A stretch of 64,000 nucleotides of DNA from Pelagomonas calceolata (taxonomy: Eukaryota): contig CAKKNE010000003.1 in NCBI GenBank assembly GCA_918797485.1, positions 1,302,001 through 1,366,000 of the forward strand, written 5' to 3'. Below, one piece after another: positions 9,870-20,355 of this stretch (positions are counted from its first letter, which is position 1; each line of letters begins with the position of its first letter). Below the pieces are notes generated by a model. It was not told the origin of the DNA. It worked only from the letters and a program-made list of their open reading frames with translations, and ran no database searches. A program made the translations under genes and the position numbers.

Positions 9870-10832
9870 ATGAAGACACGGATACGATGCCTGCTCGCCG
9901 CGTTGATAGCAACCAACGTCGCGCCGATGCGCGGCCCCGCGCTCAGCCCGTCCGTCGCGCTCGCGCCGCGGCGACGTAAAGTAAAGCCGTACGTGCTCGG
10001 CTGCGCCGCGGCCGGCGCGCTGTCGACGTGCGTGAGCCACACGCTGACCCTGCCGCTCGACGTGCTCAAGACGCGGATCCAGAGCGACGCGGCGCTGGCG
10101 GGCATGAGCCTCGCGGCGGTCTGCCGGCGCATCGTCGCGGCGGAGGGCCCCCGCGCGCTGCTCGCGGGCTTCACGGCGAACGGCTGCGGCTACTTCATGC
10201 AGGGCGCCATCAAATTCGGGCTGTACGAGGCGTGCAAGCGGCGGATCTTCCGCGAGCTCGAGGCGCGGGGCGTCGACGGGCGGACGCGGCACCGCGTGCC
10301 GGTCTGGGTCGCGTCGTCGGCCTGCGCCGAGGTCGTGGCCTGTCTGGCCCTGTGCCCCATGGAAGCCACCAAAATTCGCCTCGTGACGGACCCGCTCTAC
10401 GCCTCGTCGACGCTCGGCGCGCTCCGACGGGTCATTTCCGAGAACGGCGTCACGTCGCTGTGGCAGGGCGTCGCGCCCATTTTGGTACGACAAGTACCAT
10501 ACACGGTAGCCAAGCTCGCGGGCTACGAGGTCATCTCCCAGCATTTGCGGAATCCGCTGGCCGCCGGTGTCTTGGCGGGCAGCGCGGCGGCCGTCGTGTC
10601 GCAGCCCGGCGACGTCGTCCTCGCGCGGCTCTGCGGCGGCTCGGCCCAGGCGCGGCTGACCGGTGTGTGTGCTTTGGAGGACGCGTCGGTCGGCGCGGTG
10701 CTGTCGTCGATTACAAACCCGGCACAGCTCTTCGTCGGCCTCTACCCGCGGGCATGTATGTGCGCGCTCGTCTGCGCGTCGCAGTTCTTCCTCTACGAGG
10801 CGCTCCGGCCGAAGGTCGTAACTTCTTCGTAG
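9870..10832 (+). CDS. Mitochondrial carrier family protein, phosphate-carrier-like
   Basis: PLDVLKTRIQ and PMEATKIRL signature motifs; GYFMQGAIKFGLYE and RQVPYT are typical of SLC25A3/Mir1. The hydrophobic N-terminal leader may redirect localisation. Confidence 0.88.
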   Translation: MKTRIRCLLAALIATNVAPMRGPALSPSVALAPRRRKVKPYVLGCAAAGALSTCVSHTLTLPLDVLKTRIQSDAALAGMSLAAVCRRIVAAEGPRALLAGFTANGCGYFMQGAIKFGLYEACKRRIFRELEARGVDGRTRHRVPVWVASSACAEVVACLALCPMEATKIRLVTDPLYASSTLGALRRVISENGVTSLWQGVAPILVRQVPYTVAKLAGYEVISQHLRNPLAAGVLAGSAAAVVSQPGDVVLARLCGGSAQARLTGVCALEDASVGAVLSSITNPAQLFVGLYPRACMCALVCASQFFLYEALRPKVVTSS

Positions 10833-10890
10833 TCGTCTCTCTCGAGGCTCGTAGTCGCGCCCATGGCGTCGAATACGGACTTGTCCGTTT

Positions 10891-10914
10891 GCTAGTGTCT
10901 TACATGCCGCTAGC
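10891..10914 (+). promoter_or_regulatory. CTAG-box intergenic motif (consensus-like copy)
   Basis: GCTAGTGTCTTACATGCCGCTAGC. Confidence 0.75.
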
Positions 10915-11195
10915 CCACCGTAACTTTACGTAAAGCGCAGAGCGCCAAGCGCGCGTACCGCTGCGCTTCTCTCGCTGTCGCTGGTCGGAAGGCAGCAGTC
11001 TTACCAATCAATAGTGTGCGCATCGATTGCGCTCACCTCACAGCGCATCTATTGCCTCTTTAAAACAAGGGCCACTCAGAGCGCCTCACACAGCAACTGC
11101 AGGAGCGTTGGCGCGCGAATCGCTGCATCTGAACTATATATCAGACGCGCGACCGCATTTTGCACCAAGACTGTCACGGGCTAACTGAGCGAATC

Positions 11196-12842
11196 ATGGC
11201 GCAAGAGGCCAAGCGCGACGAGCCGCCGCCCCCGCCGAGCTACGACCTGGAGTCCAACATGTCCAGCATGAGCGACTCGAACATCGGGTTCCGACCGGTG
11301 GCGCGCCAGCGCTCGGAGTCCCAGCTGCCGCCGCACTGGTCCCGCCGCGCAACGCCGCCGCAGACGCGGCCGATCGAAAAAGTACGATCAACGACGATGC
11401 GCTTCCTCGACAATTTCACGCGCAGTTCCAGCACGCTGGACCCGGACTGTACGCGGACGGCAAGCGTAAAGGACAAACAGATCATGCGGTGCAAGGACAA
11501 GCAGAACCGGCTTGTGGACCGCCTCGACGCCTTCGCGCAGTCGCGCGGCAAGATCCGCATCGTGCGGCAGCACGTGTCGAACCGGCTTGCGTACCGCGAC
11601 GTGTTCCATTCGATTGTGGAAGCCCCTCTGCGCAAGATCATCCCCGGACTTACATTACTGTACCTCGTCAACTGCATATTCTTCGCGCTGCTCTGGTGGG
11701 CGGCGAGCAAGAATTGCGACGTCGGCATCCGGAACTTTAACAACGCGTTCATCTTCTCTACGTTCACCATAATGACGATCGGCTACGGGACGCGCGACGT
11801 GTTCTTCGACAACTGCTGGGAGGCCTCGGTCTTGATCTTCCTGGAGTCCATCGTCTCGATCCTCCTCGATTGTATTAGTCTGGGCATCGTCTACAGCCAC
11901 ATTTCCTCTGGGCGGCGGCGCGCGACGTCAATTCTGTTCTCGGACCGCGCGGTCATCCACCGCGTCCACGGCGAGCTCTTCCTTGCCTTTCAAGTGGTAG
12001 AACAAAAAAAACATCCATTGGTGGAAGCCCATGTGCGGTGCTACGCCGTGCGCGACGAGACGGACGCCTGGGGTAGACGGGTCGAGTTCCAGCCCTGCGC
12101 CATGCGCCTCGAGAAGCCGGACGACGAGATGGGCGCGATGCTCTTCCTGTCGCTGCCGTCGCTCGTCGTGCACCGGTTGGATGCGTGGTCTCCACTGGTC
12201 CCCCCGGATTGGTGGGTCGAGGCCTACTACCGCCGTAAACGAGGGGACGCGCCGCGCAAGACGTCGGTCGTCGACGACGCGGCCTCGTTCGCGGACTTCG
12301 CCGAGTACGCGTATCGGTACCCGGCGCCGCTGCGGCGCGCGTCCGACGCGGAGGCGGGGTATAGGACGTCGCGGCGGTGCAAGATCTGTGGGCAAGGTTT
12401 TGAAACGATTCGGGACCTGCGGCTCCACCACGCCGACGAGCATCCGAACGAGCCGCTCGACTGCCCGAAGCCGTCGACGCATGACCCTGAGGTGATCAAG
12501 GTCGTCGTGCGGCGTCGTACATACTATTGGGGACCGCCTCGACGCCGTCGACGCGTGCCGCCATCGCAGGCCTACATGTCCGAGTCGCGCGTCGAGATCA
12601 TCTGCTTGGTGGAGGGCGAGGACTCGATCATGTCGACGTGCGTCCGCGGGCTCCACTCGTACCAGGCGCCTCCCTTAAACGCCTGGGACGACTTCGCGCA
12701 GAGCGACATCGCCTGGGACGCTGCCTTCGCGCCGTGCGTCACGAGGCTTCCCAATGGAAGCTGTCAAGTGGACTTCGACGCCTTGCACGATCTGGTGGAT
12801 GTGCGGGACGCGCACCCGCCGCCTCCGGTGTCGCAGTCGTGA
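11196..12842 (+). CDS. Inward-rectifier potassium channel (Kir), probable in-frame intron 12501-12569
   Basis: Two TM helices around the TIGYG filter, RRATSILFSDRAVI and EIICLVEG motifs. A 69-nt GT..CAG segment encodes implausible Arg-rich sequence. Confidence 0.88.
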   Translation: MAQEAKRDEPPPPPSYDLESNMSSMSDSNIGFRPVARQRSESQLPPHWSRRATPPQTRPIEKVRSTTMRFLDNFTRSSSTLDPDCTRTASVKDKQIMRCKDKQNRLVDRLDAFAQSRGKIRIVRQHVSNRLAYRDVFHSIVEAPLRKIIPGLTLLYLVNCIFFALLWWAASKNCDVGIRNFNNAFIFSTFTIMTIGYGTRDVFFDNCWEASVLIFLESIVSILLDCISLGIVYSHISSGRRRATSILFSDRAVIHRVHGELFLAFQVVEQKKHPLVEAHVRCYAVRDETDAWGRRVEFQPCAMRLEKPDDEMGAMLFLSLPSLVVHRLDAWSPLVPPDWWVEAYYRRKRGDAPRKTSVVDDAASFADFAEYAYRYPAPLRRASDAEAGYRTSRRCKICGQGFETIRDLRLHHADEHPNEPLDCPKPSTHDPEVIKVVVRRRTYYWGPPRRRRRVPPSQAYMSESRVEIICLVEGEDSIMSTCVRGLHSYQAPPLNAWDDFAQSDIAWDAAFAPCVTRLPNGSCQVDFDALHDLVDVRDAHPPPPVSQS

Positions 12843-12905
12843 ACTGCGACACTGAGGGCCTGGGGCTGTGCTTTAATTGAATTATCTATAACATGACCCG
12901 TCGAT

Positions 12906-12933
12906 TAACATATCCCGTCGGCGGGATATGTTA
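12906..12933. terminator. Perfect 12-bp stem with 4-nt loop between convergent genes
   Basis: TAACATATCCCG-TCGG-CGGGATATGTTA. The function is unproven. Confidence 0.4.
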
Positions 12934-13876
12934 TCTACTACTACGCGGCGCGTAGAGCCACCCGAAGATGGAGTAGCGCGACCGGTCTCCCGTCACTTTC
13001 GTGACCTCGTGGAGGCGCGGCACCTGTGTGGAAATCAAATTTCGGGCGCCCCACGCCATCGGCGCGATATTTTCTCCGTAGCTCCGTCTGCTCGATGGCG
13101 TGAAGTTTCCAGGCCATCGACGCGACGTTGTCGCCGATCGCGTCGGCTCGATGGCGTGGAGCGTCACAAAGGTCCACGCAATATTTCTCAGGATAATCTA
13201 ACTCACTGGTTGACTTCCACACAGCTCTCACGCGAAACGCGACGAGCGTGTTGTGGACCGGCGCGAGGCGCCGACCCGTCGCGTGGTCCACGAAGAGCCC
13301 GCCGAGCGAGGCGTCCCAGGTCGGCTCGCCCGTCAGGTAGTACACGAGCGCTATTCGGCGCTCGTGCGGCACGCCGTCTATCTCAACTACGGCGGCGTCG
13401 TCGTGTTTGACGATGTGGTCGCCTCGGCCGTAGCGCCCGAGCTGCAGCCGCGGGACTAGCCGACGCGCCCGCAGCCACTCGCTCGGGGCCACGCTCTCGA
13501 GCACGCTCTGTATTAGCGCCTCGACGTCGGCGTCCGGCGCGTCGACGCCTCCGTCGCCGACGGCGTAGCTGTGCCGCGTCGTATTCGTTTTTTTGCCGTG
13601 GGCCTTTGCGTCTGTCTTGGCCGACGAGCGGCGCCAGGCCTCCTCTGGCGCTTGCCTGACGAGGTCCGCGGCGGCAGCGGCCGCCTCCGGTGGCAGGAGT
13701 CCAGAAATGCGCACGAACCCGCCGGCGAGCGCGCGCGCGGCGATGCATGAGCCGTCTACATCGTCGCGCCGCCGTTTTTTGCCTGCTTTCTTGTGTTTTT
13801 TTGCTTTCCGTTTTACTGGCGGAGGCACCCAGCTCCCGCCGAGAGGCGCGGCCGCGGCAGCTAGCGCGTCATCCAT
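12931..13876 (-). CDS. 2OG-Fe(II) oxygenase (prolyl-hydroxylase-like); exons 13876-13232 and 13023-12931
   Basis: HDD motif, IALVYYL..W...GGLF. Splicing restores LVAFR|VPRLHEVTKV..RYSIFGW (second His and RxS). Confidence 0.85.
13024..13231 (-). mobile_element. Introner intron, subfamily A (208 nt)
   Basis: TIRs CTGTGTGGAAATCAA (13024) and TTGACTTCCACACAG (ends 13224). Donor GTGAGAG, TSD eroded; removal restores the oxygenase frame. Confidence 0.9.
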
Positions 13877-14139
13877 TGATGCGCCCTTGAGGGCAGCTTG
13901 CAGCCAGTGCACCACCCAAGGTGGCAAGTTTGAGGAATCGATGCGGCGAAACAGCGCGAACCGATTGATAGTTGATCGCTTGAGTTTCTGAGCAGCGATG
14001 CGAGATTGGAACCGCTCGCTCCGAGGTGCAGCCCGGCTGCACTCGACAAGCTTGCAAGCTCTCAGACTAATGTGCGGGTCGTACGGCTCTACGACGAGAC
14101 AAATGTAGCAACACACCAGGATTCATCACAATCATATTA

Positions 14140-15351
14140 TTAAAACTCCTCCGCTGGAGAAGAATCGACCTCGACCTCGGCCAGCGCCCCCGCGTCCAGC
14201 GCGTCGACCGCGGCGACCTCGGTCGTCGCGAGGGACCGCCGCGACGCGACGAGGTACAAGTCCACAGCGAGCAGGAGCGCGAGGAACAGTTGCACGGGCC
14301 ACCAGCGGAACGATTTGGCAGGTTCTGGCGGCGGCGGCGGCGCGGCGCGCGCGTCCATGGCGTCTAATTTCTCAGAAGCATCCTGTTCGCCGCCAGCAAT
14401 CACGTCGGCGAGAGCGATGCCCCGGGCGGTGCGAGGAAACGCGCGCCGCGGCACGCCGACTTCTTCGAGCGCCGCGGCTGGGTCGGCGCCGCCGCACACG
14501 ACAAACTGCAGCAATTCCCTCGTCTCCGCGTCGAGGATGGGCTCGACGACGCGCCACGCTGCTCTCGCGACCAAAGGAGCGTCGATGACGACGTTGCGCC
14601 AGACGGCGTCCGCGTACATCCGTTCCGTGAGGCGCGCGTAGGCCGAGGCCAGCGACACCGTTTCTCTCCTTGCAAGAGCAGCATAGGACGCGTCCTCGCA
14701 GTCGCAGACGAAGACGCACTTGTAGACGCGGTGCGGGCCCCGCTTCCTCTGACACGCGGACAGGCGCTGGAGCGCGTCCAATGCTTGCACGCGCAGCCTT
14801 AGTACAGCATCGATCGGCATCTCCAGCAATCGGTCAAAGTCCACGTCCTTGACCCGCTCGACCACAATCAGGTGGCCCCACGGGTCCCGTCCCACGATCT
14901 CCGTCGGCCAGATCGCTCTGTGAAAGTCCGTGGGCGACAGGGACCCGCCGAGCGGCGGCTCGGGCGTCGTTCTATATCTGGCCCTTAGCGTCGTGACCTC
15001 CTCTATAATACATCGCTTGCGCTCGCCGTCGGCTCTTCGAAAGCCCCTCACCAACCGCAGGAAGAGGAGGTCGTCCCGCCTCAGCTCCGTCTTCGCCGTA
15101 TCACTCAAAACCTTCCAGAGCGCGTCGCGCTGCGTCCCTTCGTCGGCCGTCCAGCCCTCGCTCTCGCTCGGCCGCTCGAAGCGCCGCGGCGCCGGCGGCT
15201 GCTCGTCGCTCTCCTCCGTCAAGTCGTCCTCGGAGAAGGTCCGCCGCAGCGGCGTCGGGTAGCCCAGCGCCGCGGCGGTCGCCGGGAAGGTTTGAGTGGT
15301 CTGCTCGGTGAGCTCGTCGGTGAGCTTGCTGAGGTCGAAGTAGCTGCTCAT
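14140..15351 (-). CDS. CRAL-TRIO (Sec14-like) lipid-binding protein with C-terminal TM anchor
   Basis: DDLLFLRLVRG, GRDPWGHLIVVER, VIDAPLVARAAWRVVEPILDAETR. Confidence 0.8.
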   Translation of the reverse strand: MSSYFDLSKLTDELTEQTTQTFPATAAALGYPTPLRRTFSEDDLTEESDEQPPAPRRFERPSESEGWTADEGTQRDALWKVLSDTAKTELRRDDLLFLRLVRGFRRADGERKRCIIEEVTTLRARYRTTPEPPLGGSLSPTDFHRAIWPTEIVGRDPWGHLIVVERVKDVDFDRLLEMPIDAVLRLRVQALDALQRLSACQRKRGPHRVYKCVFVCDCEDASYAALARRETVSLASAYARLTERMYADAVWRNVVIDAPLVARAAWRVVEPILDAETRELLQFVVCGGADPAAALEEVGVPRRAFPRTARGIALADVIAGGEQDASEKLDAMDARAAPPPPPEPAKSFRWWPVQLFLALLLAVDLYLVASRRSLATTEVAAVDALDAGALAEVEVDSSPAEEF

Positions 15352-15508
15352 TTTTGTGGTGTCCAGAGAGCAGGTTCCAGCGCTCGCTGTTGGTTCAAAT
15401 TTGGCGCAGTGCTGCGTGCACCGTCAGAGCTTACACTTAGCGTGTTTACGCGTGCATGCTGTACGCAAGGCCATCTATATCCGTGCCGATGCCAAGCCGA
15501 GCTAGAAA

Positions 15509-15530
15509 GCTAGTGCGTCTAAGACGCTAG
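15509..15530 (-). promoter_or_regulatory. CTAG-box intergenic motif
   Basis: Minus strand CTAGCGTCTTAGACGCACTAGC in a divergent spacer. Confidence 0.55.
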
Positions 15531-15682
15531 TGATCGTTGAGGCCCGGAGCGCCAGCCAGCCAGTACTTCACGTACTCACGCGTGGCAGACGCCCGCGAGT
15601 CGTACTGCTGTCTTATTGATCGCGCTGCGCGCCGCGACTCGCTTACTTTTGTGTGCAGCGGTCTCGCCAACACAACTTCACA

Positions 15683-16564
15683 ATGGCACGCCATCGCCGC
15701 GGAGCACGACGGCGGGCGCTAGCAGTCTTATCCAGCGCAAGCGCGCTGCAGTGCCCGCAGCCGCCGCGGCGCCGGACGGTCCGTTTCAGCGACGCCACGC
15801 CGCCCGAGGCCGAGACGGTCGTCGAAGAGGCGGTGGTAGAGCCGCAGATGGTCGCGGCGCCCGTCGAGACGCCGGAGGAGCGCGCGGCGCGCGACGAAGA
15901 TGGCCCTTTGAAGGAGTTCGACTGGGACGCCCACCTCGCGAGGATCGAAGCGGACGACGAGGAGGCACGAGCGGCGGCCGCGGAGGAGGAGCGCCAGGCC
16001 TTAGCCGGTGGTGATGAATACCTGGCGGACGATCTCGACCAACTCCAGCCCGAACCGGTCGTCGACGACGAGCCCGAGTTCCTCAAGCCGAGGTGGGACG
16101 AGGTCGATCCCGCCGATGTCGACTTCCGAAACCCGCCCGCGTCGCGCGGCGCGACGTGGTCGCGCATCCACATAAAGTCGGACTGGTGGCAGTTCGAGGA
16201 CGGCGAAAGGCTGAAGACCGAGGAGGGCTGGGAGCGGTTTGATCATCGGGGCTACTCCGTGCCCGAGGGTCTTTTTGAACCTACGTTGGAGTTTACGTAC
16301 GGGAAGTTGGATCTGGACGTGGTGGAGCGCATCAGACCGGCCATGGACATCCTGTCGGGCTGTTCTTTATTGGAGGCGGCCGATGGTATTGTTAGAATCA
16401 AGTACATGGGCCCCGCGCGGAACCGCGTCGGCGTCGAGGCCTACGCCACTGGTTTAGTGGGGGACCTGTACCCGGAGATGACCTCTCTAAAGTTCGAGGC
16501 GCGCTTCGTGTCGGACTACCTTGATGGAAGTAGTGCGCATGCGATGGACGGGTGGCGGCAGTAG
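15683..16564 (+). CDS. Hypothetical, possibly plastid-targeted, acidic protein with a C-terminal NifU-C-like domain lacking CxxC
   Basis: Long ORF with leader; VVERIRPAMDIL..DGIVRIKYMGP resembles NifU-C. Confidence 0.55.
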   Translation: MARHRRGARRRALAVLSSASALQCPQPPRRRTVRFSDATPPEAETVVEEAVVEPQMVAAPVETPEERAARDEDGPLKEFDWDAHLARIEADDEEARAAAAEEERQALAGGDEYLADDLDQLQPEPVVDDEPEFLKPRWDEVDPADVDFRNPPASRGATWSRIHIKSDWWQFEDGERLKTEEGWERFDHRGYSVPEGLFEPTLEFTYGKLDLDVVERIRPAMDILSGCSLLEAADGIVRIKYMGPARNRVGVEAYATGLVGDLYPEMTSLKFEARFVSDYLDGSSAHAMDGWRQ

Positions 16565-16616
16565 GTCCGGCGCGTGTCTAACTGAACTTGAAGTTATAGT
16601 CTACTTGTTTTTGCCT

Positions 16617-16734
16617 CTTGCGTCGCCGCGATGGCGTCGATCGGCCTGCGTAGAGCCCGCGAGTCCGGACGCGTTGCCTTGCGTCGCCTCGATGGCGTCG
16701 ATGGGGTTGCGCAGAGCCCGCGAGTCCGGACGCG
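16617..16734. repeat. 2-copy tandem repeat, period 61 bp
   Basis: CTTGCGTCGCCnCGATGGCGTCGAT..GCGnAGAGCCCGCGAGTCCGGACGCG at 16617 and 16678. Confidence 0.85.
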
Positions 16735-17224
16735 ACGGTCGCAATAACCACGCTCTTGTGCTCAAGACTGCCGCGGCGACTCGGAGGACCGCAACATGAT
16801 CGCCGCGGCGCCTATTCCGTGCATCGAATGTGGTGCGGGTTTTTCGGCTTGGTTTTCGGCGCGAGTACCTCTCTGAGCCGTCGACGCAGGCTAAAGGACG
16901 GCCGTAGACGAGTGATAGAGGCGTTTTTAGAGCAGACGCTGTGTGAGCCAAAAACAGGCACTGTGATCAGCCCGCCGTCGCTGTGCCCGTGCTCGTGCCA
17001 TGGCGAGCAATTTACTGGGCACTCGCCATGAGAGGCTCGTGTTGCAGTGTAGATTCAATCGCAAAGGAGAACGGAGGTTGCAATCCCCTCTGTAAACGAG
17101 AGCAGAGACGTCAAGATTAAAGTAAATCGGGCACAATTCGCGCGCCGCAATTGCGCAAGGGCCCATAGAGCTGTATTTGGTTCTTCCAGGCCCGCTGGGC
17201 CGCTGGCCCAAATCCGCGGCCCGG

Positions 17225-18418
17225 ATGGCCCAAAAAAACGAAGTCGTCCGACACCGCACCGCTAAAAGAAACACAAGAAACGGGGCGCCCGCCGGCACCG
17301 ATCGAGGCCTGCCGGCACCGAATCGACGCAACGCCGTCACCGAATCGACACCACACAGGTATCCAAGCACGCTAGGCATCGACTTCCGCAAGCTCGGCCC
17401 CGAAGCTTTAAGGACGTACGTGAACCGCTACCGCTTGGATGCCGCCCCGGACGCGCCCGACAGCGAGCTAGCAAAAGTAGTAGCCAAGCACTTCGAGGCG
17501 ACGCCCGTCGACGAGGAGGCCATCGTGGCCCGGTTTTTCGAGCATCTTGATGACGTCGACGCGGCCAGGGCGGGCGAGAACGACACGGGCGTCGCGCGCG
17601 TCCACGAGCAGGTCGCGGCCAAGGTCAGTACGACGGACGAGAACGGGTCCTGGATTCTAGCGAGCGTCGTGCGTTATGACGCTACTTCCGACGCCTACGC
17701 GGTGCAGGACGAGGACGACCAGAAGATCTTGGAGCTGCCGGCGTCGCGCATCCGCAGACTGGGCGTTGCGGATGACAACTTAGATGAATTGCAGAAGGGT
17801 GAGAGAGTGGTAGCAATCTTCCCCGAGACGACGTCGTTCTACCGCGCGATGGTCTCGAAGGCCCCCAAGCGCGGGCCGGGCGGTTCACCACCTAGGGAAG
17901 TCGTCCTGAAATTCGAGGACGACGAGGACGACAGTGGAAGGACGCCTCATAGAAGAGTGTCATTGCGCTATGTGTTGCGAGAGCGGCCCCAAGCCAAGGC
18001 GCCGCGGCCTCCCCCCAGACCGCGCCCGCCGCCGCAGCCCAAGAACACGGAGCCCCAGCCGGCCACGGCGGCCCTGCCGACGCCGCGGCCGCCCCAGGGC
18101 CAGGCCTGGGCCGACAAGGCAAGTGGAGGCGCCCCGGCCGACGCCGACGTCGCCGCGCGGCCCGGCGGCGCGACCTACTCCGACATGATCGCCCACGCCC
18201 TCAAGAAGCTGCCCGACGAGCACGGCGACTTCAAGGACATCTGCAAGGTCATCGAGCAGGACTTCTTCGAGCAGCTGAACTGGAAGCTCGAAAGTGATTT
18301 GAGAAAGACGCCGGTCTGGAAGTCGTCCGTGCGCAAGATCCTCTACTCGAACGCGCGCTTCCGCCACAACCTGCCCGCGGCCGACAAGAACATCTTCACG
18401 TTCTCGGCCTACGCGTGA
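17225..18418 (+). CDS. SGF29: SAP30 Sin3-binding-like domain + SGF29 tandem Tudor + winged-helix protein
   Basis: QVAAKV..ENGSWILASVV..YAVQDED and VVAIFPETTSFYRAMV..LKFEDDED match SGF29. N- and C-terminal domains are described in findings. Confidence 0.8.
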   Translation: MAQKNEVVRHRTAKRNTRNGAPAGTDRGLPAPNRRNAVTESTPHRYPSTLGIDFRKLGPEALRTYVNRYRLDAAPDAPDSELAKVVAKHFEATPVDEEAIVARFFEHLDDVDAARAGENDTGVARVHEQVAAKVSTTDENGSWILASVVRYDATSDAYAVQDEDDQKILELPASRIRRLGVADDNLDELQKGERVVAIFPETTSFYRAMVSKAPKRGPGGSPPREVVLKFEDDEDDSGRTPHRRVSLRYVLRERPQAKAPRPPPRPRPPPQPKNTEPQPATAALPTPRPPQGQAWADKASGGAPADADVAARPGGATYSDMIAHALKKLPDEHGDFKDICKVIEQDFFEQLNWKLESDLRKTPVWKSSVRKILYSNARFRHNLPAADKNIFTFSAYA

Positions 18419-18984
18419 TCAACTGGGGGCTAAGCTTCTTTCTACACACCATTCTTCCTTCTTCCTTCCTTCCGGTGCCCCACTAGTCCCGATCTGCCCC
18501 GTACTGTACACTACGGGCGGCGCGGCGGCGGCACAGGGGCGCGCTGCGACGGCGTGGACGGATATATATTGTTACGGTGAAGGACTAGTTGGCGGAGCCC
18601 CTGGGTGGAGACGGCGTGGACGGTGCCGGTAGGCTCAGGCTCAGGCTTGTTACGTCGCAGGTTCCCCGGGGGGTATCCCTAGTATGTTACAGGTAGCTGC
18701 TCACGCCTCGGCCGCTGAGCGGTAAAACGTGCCGCTGTGCCCTTGGTACGACTGCCGACGGCGGCGGCAGCCGTCTGAATTGGTCTAGGCCAGCGCGAGC
18801 CGGGCGGCAGCGGCCGTTGGCAGGATCGAGCCCACTCCTAGGGAGTCCTGTAGAGGCACGCGCAACGCGCCCCAGCGATTTTCACAGCGCTCACCCTGTA
18901 CTGTCGTTGAGGCGAACCGACACATAAAAAACCTCACCGCGCGGATTCGCAAAACGCAAACGCCGTCGACACAACCCAACAAAG

Positions 18985-20267
18985 ATGGCGTCCTCGAAGA
19001 GCGGAGCCAAGAAGTTCTACCACACAACATCACAACAAGCCTACTACATGCGGCCGAGCGAGGCCAAGGTCGTGAGCTTAGAAGGCGCGAGACCGGTCGA
19101 CGACGCCCAGAAGGTGCGGTTAGGTATTGTTTCCATGACGAAGCGGCCGGCGGACCTGGAACAGTGGCTCGCGTATCACAGAAGAGTAGTGGGCGTCGAG
19201 AAGTTTTTTTTACAAATTGAGGATACTCCCGAATTAGCTGCTCTACTCTTGAGACCGCCCTGGAACGGTTGTGTGGATGCGACCTTCGTCGCCAAAACCC
19301 ATAGAGATTACTTCGTGCAGATGGACCGCCAGGCCGTGAATGTCGCGTGTGCGGTCGAAAGGGCAAAAGCGCACGGGATTGAATGGCTGCTCCATGTGGA
19401 CGACGACGAGATGCTGCACTGCCCGGCCGGTGCTGGTGCTATGCACGCCGCGTTGTCAGCGTTACCTACACAATGCTGCGACGCGCACATCAAGAATTTG
19501 GAAGCGCTCGCGCCGGCGCCTTCATGTACTAAACCTTTTGAGGAGTGCGTCACTTTTGTCGCGTCCACCTCGAAATTCGCGTCGTACACGAACGGCAAGA
19601 GCTTTGGAAGGGTGGGTGCTCCCGGTCTGCGGGCCCACGGCCCGCACCATTTCAGGGGAGATTCATTAAATGGCGCGACGCGCGACCTGCCGCCGTCCAT
19701 CGCGGTAGTGTTACATTATGAGTCCGTGGCCTACGAGCGCTGGACGACGAAGTTCTCGGAATTAGCAGCTAGACACGGCCACGACGCGAAGATCCTCGAG
19801 AAGCTGCCGTTCCCCTTCTACCGGGCATCTTTATCAGCGGTGGGCCGGCTGACGACGGTCTCCGATCGCGACAAGGCCAAGGCCGCCGACGACGCGTTCC
19901 GCGTGTGGTCGCGGTCGAAGCTGGTGGGCGAGTGCGCGCTCGCGCAGAAGGACAAGGTCGTCGTCTGTGTGGAAATCAACCAGTGCGTCGGATGACGCGG
20001 CCGTCCTGGCTCAGTCGAGCGGTGAGGAACCGGCATCGCCACGCCATCGAGCAGGCGTCGCGTCGATGGCGTGGAGGACGACGCGATGACTCAGCACGAA
20101 CGCGCCGTAAAATTTTGATTTCCACACAGGTCGTCGTGACAGCTATACGAGACGCATTAGCTCGACTGAACCTGCCGGAGGCGTCGGAAGCGGACCGCGC
20201 GCCGGCCGCGGCGCCGCCACCAAAACGGGCCAGTCTGGCGGCGAACCCGCCGCTGCCCAAGATCTGA
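18985..20267 (+). CDS. GT-A fold glycosyltransferase (GT2/GT92-like); exons 18985-19956 and 20130-20267
   Basis: LEQWLAYH..GVEKFFL, WLLHVDDDE (DxD), NGKS, LHYES. The frame is restored by removing the introner. Confidence 0.8.
19957..20129 (+). mobile_element. Introner intron, subfamily A (173 nt), perfect TIR and TSD
   Basis: TSD GTCGTCGT at 19957-19964 and 20130-20137; 15-bp TIRs CTGTGTGGAAATCAA and TTGATTTCCACACAG. Confidence 0.95.
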
Positions 20268-20355
20268 ACCATTGCCCGCGCGCGCGCCCGGCGACGGCGA
20301 CGCTGCGCACACCCATCTTTAAAGTTTATTTTCTCTTCACTCACGTTACCCCTCT

